Shown here piece after piece: positions 46,914-58,900 of a stretch of DNA of 64,000 bases. The notes beneath the pieces are model-generated. The model ran no database searches and was not told the DNA's origin. It saw only the letters and a list, made by a program, of their open reading frames with translations. Source of the DNA: Podarcis gaigeae. Lineage: Eukaryota. The translations under genes and the position numbers were made by a program. Location of the stretch: assembly GCA_964106915.2 (NCBI GenBank), contig OZ066917.1. The stretch is one strand, 5' to 3'. The stretch's first letter is position 1. The number at the start of each line of letters is the position of its first letter.

Positions 46914-49900
46914 GTAAGTAGTGTGATCTAGTCTTCCTTTGATCTGTCACTGTTTCCTGTGGTTTCCTCCTCTGGTTTGAGGGCAAACGGTTGCACTTTT
47001 TTATGGCTTTTCTTTTTTTATTTCTCGTCTGATTTCATTTTCTCCTGCTCATTGTGTATTCAGTTTTATCAGAGAGGGCTTGGGGAAACTTAAGAAACCC
47101 AACGCTGGGTAGAATAATGTGGTTGTTTAGCAACAATCTTTATTTAGAATGTAAAAGGTGCATAATTCTTCCTGAAGAGAGAGCTAGTATTTATTGTGAA
47201 GCCTCTGTTTTATAAACTGATAATGTGCTAGCTGCACTCCTCTATGTGAGAATCTTTGAGGATTGTGACAGGCTTTTCATGCTTTGGGATGAATGCTAAG
47301 TGAAATATTTTGTATCTGTAGAGCCTTAAAAAGGTTACCACTTAGACCCTCCCAACAGGCCTTTTTTCAGTGCTACTTACAATTCCTTTCCACATGTGAG
47401 CTTTAGGTCTAGTTCACAAAGTAGCTTCCAAACAAGGTGTCCTGGGTATTAAAACTTCTGTGTGTCTGCAGCAATTATCTGTTCTGAAAACAACTACAGG
47501 TATCCTACTCCTTCTGCTGCTCAGATGCTGTTATAGCAGTGTTTAAGTTCCCCAACCAATTGTATTTCATTGTATTTCAGAAATATTGGGATACGTACCT
47601 TTTAAATCTCTGGTTTCAAAACAACTCTTAGAAACAACTTCTCCTCGAGAAGAAAGTATATAAAGGGTGGCATTGTGTATACAATTGTTATGTATTGTTG
47701 ATATGAAAACACAGCAAACTGAATGGCCTCTGGCCTCGTCAGCAGCCTCAGTTTTTGTAGCTGGAGTCAGTCAGTCAGGGCTCTTCCCTCCCAGGTCAGC
47801 TGGAAAGAGACTAGCCAGGCAGGAAGCAGAAGTCTTGCAGGCCTCGCAGCCAAGATGGTCCAATTCTGTCCTCCTGTCCCTGTTTCCTGTTTAACCTTTT
47901 TACCTTGCTTTTATTTCAACACTGTTTGCTTCTAGGATATAAAACTGTTCTCTCCTCCATATTCATTTTCTCATCTAATTGTCAGTAGACGAAACCATCC
48001 TACGGTTTGTTTATAATCAATTTTCAGAAGGTATCTCAGAATTCAGAACATTCCATAACTCCTCCTTGGGGTGGATCATGCCAACTTGTTGCTGTCATGA
48101 GTCATTCAGAGGCTTTTGTGTTTCTTTATAGTACTCAGTAGCCCACCCGCATCCATATAACACAGGCAACATTTATTTTTATTATTTTATTTATGATTTT
48201 CAGTTTTATACATTTCCATAATTTTACAATCATTTTAGCATTTCAAAACTCGACTTCCTTCCCCCTCTTTCTGCGGTTCCTTAAATTTGTTTTTTATATT
48301 TTCTGCATATCCAAATTAACTTAATTTACTCATTTATTCATCTGCTTTAAACGTATGTTAAAAACTACAAGTTATTACAGTAATCCTGCCAATATTATTC
48401 TCTGTTTACTGTTTATTTTTTAAATATTCAATAAACCATTTCCATTCTTTTATAAAAAGTTTGTTATCTTGATTTCTTATTTTTCCGGTAAGTTTTGCCA
48501 TTTCTGCGTATTCCATAAGTTTTTGTATACATTATTCTTTCGCTGGGACTTCTTCTTCTTTCCATTTTTGGGCAAGTAACATTCTTGCCGCTGTAGTCAC
48601 ATACATGGAATAAATTTCTATACAGTTTGGGTAGTCAGGAGCAACTTGTTTTGTCCCTTTGGATACTTATCCTTGAAAAGTTGAAGCAACTGTTTAAGAA
48701 AAACAGACCCATAATTGTAAGCAAAATTTCTAGTTTATGTTGCCTAAGATACCATTTCGGAATGCAATTCTCTGTATTTTTATGAATATCCTGGTGTTGC
48801 AGCAGCATTTAAATTGTCTCCATCTTTTCCTCTGTTTACACAGGTCCTTCTACTTCTTTCTCCTTTTGTTCCAAGTACAGAAGCAAGTCAAAAACACCAG
48901 CAAATGAACAAAAGAAACCTGCTGAGGTGAGAGTAATTCTCACATTCTTGGGGTGCTATTCAACTACATTTTTTTTCACTATTGCAAGAATTTCTCCCCT
49001 CTCCCCACACTAACCTCAATTTTTCTCTTGAGGTTTTGGGGACAGATTTTGAGAGTAGCAGGGAGATAGTTCTGTTACACGACGATTTCTTCATTCATGT
49101 TGTTTCCCTTTTATAGGTGAAGGAAGGAAGAATGAACAAACTTGTTCCATTTGAGTTCAATGGGATTAAAGCCCATCTATGCTTAAAGATTAGGGTCTGT
49201 AGTAAAATTGGTCATAATCTAAGGGCAGTTGAAGAGAAATTGAGGTCTTGAGGTAGCAGGTGCTGCTGAAGAGAATTTCTTGTGTTTTCTTTCCTTCTTC
49301 CTTATTGCTGGAATATGACTATAGGGCTATGGCAAACTTCTGCACAAGCTATTAAGGCTTCCACTTTTCTTAGGAGTATTTGAGTCCCTAATGTTATGAG
49401 ACTGTCCCCAGGTACTTCTTCCCCTATTCACCTTAGGCATGGTTTCAATTTTGGCTTCTCTTACTATGAACTGAAAACAAGAGTTATGAAAATACAAGTT
49501 GACCAAACACATAATTCTGAAAAAAATTTAAATGCACAACCTCTGAGTAATGTATAAAAATACAGATTGCACATATCCTTTCTCCCTGTTCTGGATTTAC
49601 CCTAAAGATGGGCCAGAGAAGGCCAAATACCTACATATCTTCTTCCTTTAATTCATATCTATGGGAAAAATTTGGATTGCCCTATTTCTTGGGAACTGCA
49701 TGTCTCTTCTTACCCAGAGGGCCAAACTAGTCTATAAATGCTTGCACATTTTAAATGTGTATCGTTTTTACTTTAGAAATAACAAACAAGAGCATGAGTT
49801 GGAACTTCCCTGCATAGTGGGGCTATAACCTCTTTTCATTCTGCTCTGTGGTCCTAGTGAACCCCCCCCCACACACACACACAAAAAGAGGAAAGATGAT

Positions 49901-52900
49901 ACAGATTTAGAGTGCAAAACAAAAGCCCCCTTCAGGCATCTTATGCATGACAGGGGGAACTGCATGTAGATTAAGAAACAGGGCTGTGCTGCTAATCCTG
50001 CCCCATTGTCCAGCTAGGCTAGCCCTATGCCTGTGTTGAGCATGGGAGGTGAGGGACACAGGTAGATTGGCTGTGTTATGTCAAGATTGGACCAGTGGCA
50101 GGCTCCTGCTCTTGGTTGCACAATGGGCGGTATTCAGCTAAACAGTTACGGTAGCGCAGTGATTTTTAGTTGGACAGTGTAACTTCTCCACCCTCTCCTC
50201 TCCCTGTGCACCCCCTAAATTTGCTCCAGGTTTCCCCAGCTCTCCAGAGTAGATCCGGGAACAGGAGAAGAGAAGGCCAGAAAATTACATTGTGCAGCTA
50301 AAAGTGGTTGCACTAGCCCAACTGGACTACTTCCAAATGTGTTTTATTTGCCTAAATGATCACTTTTAACGTTGAGCTACTTCCTTGGAGAACTTGGCCG
50401 ACAACTTAAGCTTATGTAACCCTTAAAAAAAAAATTCAGCATGAAAGTTCAGGGGTTAGCACCCTTCAGAAATGGAAAATTACTTGCTGAATGCCTAATG
50501 CCATTACAGTTACTTCTGAAAACAGATGAAATGCAGATGACAGTGATGGGTAGGTGTCTCATTTGCCTTTAAGCTGTTCTGTTAAATGCAAGCTCTTTTG
50601 GGCCCACTCTTCTTTTTTATATTCGGAGTTAGTTTTATCCATTGAAATCTTTGAGCGTGAGAGTATCAAAACAAACAAACTCTATTCTACCATACTGCTA
50701 AAGTGAAATTAAATCTTCACTTGCAACTTGCAGGGTTGCAGGATTTGGAAGAGACAACGTTCCTGCAATCCAGGGTAGATGCTAGAGGCTGTTACAACTT
50801 TTAACAGATTGAACTTTCCCACCCAACCTCCCAAGTTGTGAGCAAGTCTTCTACTTTCTCCTTGTCTCTTTCCTGGTCACCTGCAGTTACTTGGATTCTG
50901 GACCTCCCCAGAGCTGGAAGTTGCCACAGTTCTGTAGGTGTTTCAGTATCTACGATTAGGGGAGATCCCATATCTACATAACTCTGGAAGATCCCATTCA
51001 CGCTTTACCTTCTAGGATTTGTGTGGTAAAGCAGAACAGGGTGGTCCACTTGCTTTGATTACAACTGCAGCAGCCCATGATTCTAAATAGTTGGGGAATT
51101 ATGTGTTCCTTCCTTTATGCTTGGCAGCAAAGGGGTTGGTTTGATCAGTATGGTTCTGACAACTGTTTAACATGGCCTCTTGGATAATCATTAGGCTCCT
51201 GTACATTATTAATTTGTATTGTTAAAGAAGAAGAAGAAAAATAAATTATTGGACTGTTTCTTCCCAAGTATTAATGCTGTCTTTGCCTTCACCTGCAGGT
51301 GTTTCGAAAGGATCTCATTAGTGCCATGAAACTCCCAGATTCTCATCATATTAACCCAGATGAATATTACCTCTTTGCGGACACATGGAAACAAGAATGG
51401 GAAAAGGGTGTGCAAGTCCCAGCCAGCCCAGACACGATTCCACAACCTTCTCTCAGGTAATTTTTAATAAATAATTGTTGGGACTGAACTACATTTAATT
51501 TGGGGGTAGCCATATGAATATACTGGGCAGCATTCATGTCATGTAAACAATAATTAATCGTTTACTACTTTTGTTGCACAGAGTAGATTTTTGATCAGGT
51601 GAGGCTGCAATTTTTAAAGAAGTATTAAGGTCCACAACAGACAAGTGTATTCTGTCCACATAGTCAAAGAGGTAGTATACTTCATTATTTCAGCATAACT
51701 CAGTATTGTTCCAGCGGTTGTGGTGGATGATGTCCATTGCAGTTTTCCAAATATATGAGACAGTTTTGTGGAGTACACAAAGTTGGGTGTGGTGGTAGAC
51801 TGGCTGAGGGTGTATTACCCTGAGCTAGTCTTAGGTATATAAAGATCACCAGATACATTTGCTTGGTAGTTGCTCATGCCTAAATACCTTTGTCCCATTG
51901 TAATTTGGGCTTTCTTTACTTCCTCTGATGTATGATATGGTCACAACTCAAGAGGGAACATCAGGCAGTGTGGAAAATTATCTGTGTGGTTGTTCAATAA
52001 AGAATTTACTTTTGTGGGTTTATTTTTTGTTTTTGTTTTAATGATCCCTATATTTGAGTGTAAGAAAGAGGTTTGCTGATAGTTCAGAATGGGCTTTTGG
52101 CATGTGCTCCTGTAGTTTATAGGGATGCGGGTGGTGCTGTGGTCTAAACCACTGAACCTCTTGGGCATGCTGATCAGAAGGTCGCCGGTTCAAATCCGCG
52201 CAATGGGGTGAACTGTTGCTCTGTCCCAGCTCCTGCCAACCTAGCAGTTCGAAAGCACACCAGTGCAAGTAGATAAATATGGAAGATAAATGGGAAGGTA
52301 AACGGCATTTCCATGCACTCTAGCTTCGGTAACGCTGTTCCGTTGTGCCAGAAGCAGTTTGGTCATGCTGGCCACATGACCCGGAAAGCTGTCTGTGGTC
52401 AAACGCCAGCTCCCTTGGCCTGAAAGCGAGATGAGCGCTACAACCCCATAGTTCCCTTTGATTGGACTTAACAGTCCAGGAGTCCTTTACCTTTTACTTG
52501 TAGTGTGTAGCAGTACTCTGTGAGCAGCATGGCATTGTCCTAATGAATTCCTTAGTCAAAAGTAAGGGTGGCTAACACACAGGTCATGGCCCCCAAGGAC
52601 CCCATGAAAATGATTTATTTATTTATCTGTTTACTCACTTTTTGTGTCTGGGTACCCCTTTCTTAATTGTGCTTTTCTGGGCAGCAGTCCCTAAAAATTT
52701 GTTTTATTTTCATGCTGCATCTGGATCAGTACAACTATCTCTGCTGTTGCTGTTGTCAGCTGACAAAAAAAATTAATGAAATGATCGGCTGAAGAACAGC
52801 CCAAGGCATTGGAATGGTCTGTCTGAGCTCACTTGGTGATTGCTGTTTAGAATGGACTCCGGGATTGGAGGGAGAGAGTGGGTGGAGATGTAAACGAAGA

Positions 52901-55900
52901 AATGGATGGGAGGCACAAGGAAAACTGTAGAAAAAGCTGCTGGTGGGAGAAACATTAATGGATTATTGTGGATTGGGGGGGCGTGAATTCATACAATTCT
53001 GGCGCATAATTTGATTAGTATCCACAGAAGGCAAAGAAATTAATTATTGGGGAAAGGGGTGTGCATTATTATTGTTTCTTAATGAACAAAAAAATGGGAG
53101 ACAGATCATCCATCCCTGTTTGCAAAGTCAATCAGGTAGAGGGGGCGGTGTGGCAGAAATTTTGCATCCCCAGAGAGACACAGAAAGAGGTTGTGCTGTG
53201 TGTTTGTAAAAGAGAGAAGTAGCATGGAAAGACTCAACTAGCTTGGGCAAAATGTCCTATGTATTGGGAGGGAGGGGTAAGTTCTGCCTTTTCCCACTAT
53301 TTCATTTTGGCCATGCCTAGTTTGACATGGGCCCCCTCCACTGGCCATTGTGACCCTCAGCCTGGAAAATGTTCTTACCCGATGCACCAATGCACATTGT
53401 TACTTTTGCTTGACCCATGCATTCCATTGTAACCCAGATTATTATAATCAATTAGGGGCGTCAAATACCTGGCTTCCCAATTTGCAGAAGTGCCCTTTCA
53501 GCAAATGACTCGCAGCTCACTTTAATTACTATATCATTTTAGAGTCGTAGCGGAAAAAGTAAAGCAAGTACTATATACACGGCCTAGAAAATACATTCGT
53601 TGTTCAAGTCAAGAGCCCACTGAACCTGGCTATATCAACATTCTGGAACTGGCAGAATCGATGTGTCGTTATGACTTGGATGATATGGACATCTTCTGGC
53701 TTCAGGAAGTAAATGAGGAGCTTGCTGAAATGGGTGAGAGTGATGAAAAGTGCAATCACTAAAGCTACAATGAATTTTAAAAACTGTATCTTTAGTCAAC
53801 TGCGCTGATTTAAGGCTGTTTTGCTGCTGCTTCCTTTTTTTTTAAAAAAAGTGGTTTGTTTAGAAAGATAACTTTAGTTGGTATTCAATGAGTCTTCTGC
53901 AGCCATGGTTCAGAGACATTTAACTGCATCTAGATATTTTGAGGAACTTCCATGTTTTTAATTCTTTGGAAATCCATCTTGGTTCATGGAAGAATGTGCA
54001 TTTTATGCCAGGACTCTAGGAGTAATAAAAACAATGTGTATGAAAAAATACCAATCAGGTAATAATGGAAGTCAGTATTCCTACTTAATTGTATTTGCTA
54101 ATACTCAGATCTTAATTGTATTTGCTAATACTCAGATCGTAATGACCTGAGAAAATGGCAGCTTTGCAGAATTGTACTTTGTGGCTCCATGAGAGAAGCA
54201 GGATTATGCCACCCTAGTAAATCAGAGAAGACACTATCTTGATAGCTTGTTTATGAGACTTAAAAATTAGGGGGGAAATAATTAACTTAATGTGGCAGAT
54301 TCTTTTCAATGTAGTATTCAAAAGCAACATGTTTCTAATCTGAATGGGAAAAGGTAATGGGGCATATAATGAGATTTCAATGAAGTTGAACAGGCTATTT
54401 GTCATGTTAAGAGGCAATTTCCTTATAATGATGGTTTGGTTCAAACATAATGCACATTATGAAACTGTGGATTAGCCTTATGTCTGAACTCAGTCCACTT
54501 TATTGGCAATGGTAAAAGTTTCTGATTAACCAAGGTTTGTAGCTGGGTTATAAACCTTGCTTAACATTGTATGCAAACCTGGACCACTTCCTTAGCTATG
54601 GCTATGGAGCTGTCGCTGCCCAAAAGCTAGTGGAGCTGAAGTTGGAAGAGCAACAAAAAATTCCAACTGCCCTCACTGGTGCTTTTAACTATTCTGTGAC
54701 GTTAAACCTTGGTTGTATGTCATCATCTGCCAGACACCTTAGTGTTAATGATGGTTTAGCATGAACAATGCTATGCTATGATGTCATAGGTAAAAATCAA
54801 TTTTGTGCATTATTCCTGACATCCTAGCTGCTACTTTGAATATATGTAGGTTGTCTGAATCCTAGGGAATAGGACTTTCAATCTAAGTATTTTAATATTT
54901 TTATATAGTAATATAGGAAGCCAAAAAGGCAGGATAACAGTGTTTTAAATAAGTCCACCTACAATTGGTGGTTTCACTTTTCGTGTATCTGCATTTGTTT
55001 AAGATAGTGTATTATATATCAGATTAATGCAATGTAGATCTTACGTCTTTTAAAACTTGGATTGAAATTTAAGTAAGTCTCACACAAATGAGGGAGGGAG
55101 ACAACCTATTGTCAGTGCAATGCTTTAGGAAATGAGGGTGCTTTTTGTTTCTTTATTTAGTATTAAGCAGATTATTATTTTGCTTTAATTCTCCTGCAGG
55201 TTGTGGGCAGCTTGATGAGAACACAATGGAGAAAATGGTGGAAGTCCTGGAACGTCATTGTCACGAGAACATGAACCATGCCATTGAGACAGAGGAGGGG
55301 CTGGGTATTGAATATGATGAAGATGTCATCTGTGATGTGTGCCGGTCCCCTGACAGTGAAGATGGGAATGATATGGTGTTTTGTGACAAATGCAACATCT
55401 GTGTGCATCAGGTTAGTGCTAGCAGAGGTTTTGAAAATGCTTCTTTCTTTTGGGAATGGGATTACAATGGAACCTTGGTTCTCGAACAGCTTAGTTGACG
55501 AACAAATCGGAACCCGAATGCTGCAAACCTGGAAATAAATGCTTTGGTTTGCAAACCTTTTTCGGAAGCCGAATGTCTGATGTGGCTGTCAGCTATTGTT
55601 TCCAGGGTGGCTGCACTAATCGCAAGCCGCGCTTTGGTTTTTTAACGTTTCAGAAGTCTAATGGATTTCTGGAACAGATTACATTCGAGAACCAAGGTAC
55701 CACTGTAGAATCTTTCTAGATAGCTTGCTCCAACACAACCTATCTGAAAAGCCATTGAAAAGGTGCAAGAAATCTGGCGGCCTCTGAAAAAGTGGGTCTA
55801 GAATTTTTGTTTTCCGACGGCTCTGTAAAATTTAACACGAAACTGCTTAAAAGAGACATGGATTGCTTTTGATCAAGTAATGTATTCAGAGGTCATGTAA

Positions 55901-58900
55901 ATCCCCTAAATATCATGGGAAAGGTTTTGAACCATTGTGGTGTTGGAGCATTTGTCTGCTGCACACTTCTTCCTTTTCTGAAACCACATTTAGGGATGTC
56001 AGCTAATTAAATTTCCTACAACAGAGAGAAAATGGAGAAGTGAAGGGTGAATTTTTAATCTTCATAAAATGATTCTTGTTAATGACAAGAGTAGAGCATG
56101 GTGCAGTGAGTGCACAGTGAGATAATGAGGGAAAGCTGATCTTTTAAATGTGTGCCTAGAATTTATGCCTATGCAAGAGTGCACTCTTCTGGATTAATCT
56201 GAAATGTTCCAGAAATAACTGTGATAGGCTAATCCTTCTGGAGTCTTCCTTAGGCTATACAGAAACCTTTCTCGGTAAGTGTATGCTAGTACTAGATGCC
56301 ACAGAGAGCTACTTTTCTAGATTTTGTATGTGTGAGAGAGATACACAACAATAAATAGCAAGGTTTTGGGGCTAGGGAGGCGCAGCTACCGTTGGCCAAC
56401 CATTCTGAGATCAGGCCTTTGGCTTTTGTGTCTTTTTGTAGAAATTCTCTGTGCAGCACTATTAATGATGTGTGTAACTCTTTACTTGTTAGGAAATAGC
56501 TCCTTTCCTGTTTCGTGTTTCAGACATCTGGCAAATAGTTGAATTCTCCCAAAATGGTTTTAGCGTATAGCATTTTTTTTTTAAAAAAAAATACTCTGTT
56601 GGTACTGCTATAAGTCAGTGATGTCTCGTTTCACTTATGGAGTCGTATAAAGCAGCAGTTTGTTTTTATCCTCAGGCATGCTATGGCATCCTAAAGGTTC
56701 CTGAAGGAAGCTGGCTGTGTCGTACTTGTGTTCTAGGTATACACCCTCAGTGTCTCTTGTGTCCAAAGAGAGGTGGGGCCATGAAAGCTACAAGGACAGG
56801 CACCAAGTGGGCGCATGTGAGCTGTGCTCTTTGGATTCCAGAGGTATGTATAAGAAGTGTTTTAGCTCATCTTTATGTAGACTAGCATGGAAGTATTCGG
56901 ACTGCAATCTTCCCCCGGTCACCTAGCTGCTGTAGCTGTTATATTTGCCTTTTTACAATATGCTGAAATATAATAGCTTGATAGCTCTTTCCTGGTCATG
57001 TCAGTCATAGTAATCCATACATTTTATTATTATTAGGTAAGCATTGCTTGTCCAGAAAGAATGGAACCAATTACCAAAGTGTCCCATATTCCACCAAGTA
57101 GATGGGCTTTAGTTTGCAGCTTATGCAAATTGAAAACTGGTGCTTGTATCCAGGTATGTGTTAATTCTGTATTGTGATCTTAGAGGCTGCAGAGCAGAAA
57201 TTGCATGCTAGCAAACTCAACAGGTTCAGAGTGCTAAGGAACAACTTTCTCCTGTGCTGGGTGGAAGACAGACGCAGCAGAATAGCCTTTAGCAGGGTTT
57301 ATATTTTAAGGATGTGGGTGGCACTGTGATCTAAACTACAGAGCCTCGGGCTTGCCGATCGAAAGGTTGGTGGTTCGAATCCCCGCGACAGGGTGAGCTC
57401 CCGTTGCTCAGTCCCAGCTCCTGCCAACCTAGCAGTTCGAAAGCACGTCAAAATGCAAGTAGATAAATAGATATCGCTCCGGCAGGAACGTAAATGGCGT
57501 TTCCATGTGTTGCTCTGATTTTGCCAGAAGCGGCTTAGTCATGCTGGCCACATGTACGCCGGCTCCCTCGGCCAGTAAAGCGAGATGAGCACTGCAACCC
57601 CAGAGTCCTTCGTGACTGGACCTAACGGTCAGGGGGTCTCTTTACCTTTATATTTTAAGGAAACATTTTCAGGGTATTGGAAGAATGTAAAAAACAAACA
57701 AACCCACAACCTTTTAGCATCACAGAATTGTAGATAGGGGGCCAATGAGAGTAGTTGGCGGGGATATTTGTTAAAAAAAATAAAGAGACTTTTGTAAACC
57801 TTTTGGGGCCCACCAAAATCTTTAGGGGTGCTTACGGGGAACAACAGTCAATTAAAATTACATTAAATTAAAAAGCAAGGGAATGCACAGGATCCCTGAG
57901 ATAATGCACTTAGGGCCCTTTGCTTATGCCAAAACCGTTTAACTAAAGCTTAGACACTACACTAGCTAAGTAGCAGGATACAGGATTCACAGCTTTATGG
58001 CAGATACATAATTTAAGTGGTACCTCGGGTTACAGATGCTTCAGGTTACAGACTCTGCTAACCCAGAAATAGTACCTTGGGTTGAGAACTTTGCTTCAGG
58101 ATGAGAACAGAAATCGTGTGGCGGCAGTGGGAGGCCCCATTAGCTAATATGGTACCTCAGGTTAAGAACAGTTTCAGGTTAAGAACAGACCTCCAGAACA
58201 AATTAAGTTCTTAACCCAAGGTACCACCGTAATAATGCAAGCTCTATACAAACGCTTGCATTATTACTTAAATTGTGAATCTGTCATGAAGCTGTGGATC
58301 CTCTATCTTACCGTGCTACTTGTGGTAGCTAGTGTGGTGGCTGAACTTTAGTTAAACAGTTTTTGCAGAAGTCAAGTTATCTTGCTTTGCACATCATGTT
58401 AAACCATAGTTAGGTTTAATATGTGGTTTAATGTGGACGAGCAGTGCACACTGCTCAAAGTTTCCAGTCCACTTTCCCTCACAACTGGCCACATACCGCA
58501 AGCAACTTTACTTATCAAGTGATAACCAAACTTTGTTATTTGTTTACTGCTCATGGTTTGTTTTGGGGAAACAAACGAGCCCAGATTTGGATTGCATATG
58601 AAGCCAAGGCATGTGGTTTTTTGCTCCTGCCATGGTGCAGCCAGGAATGGGGAAAGAGCAAAGTGGGACTTGGTTAGCTTGCGCAAGCATACTGCTCAGT
58701 CATGTAAAGCCATAGTTAAACATTACCTATGGCTTAATGTGATTTCAAAACACAGCCATTATGCCAAATTGCTGCTAAGGCTTTACCGTGAACCAAGCAT
58801 TGCCCATGGCGTTGGAATGCTGGAACTTATACAGAAGAAACAAATGATTGAATAGGCTGTTTTTCATTAACGGTGTGTGTTGCCTCTTCTGAAAGTGTAT

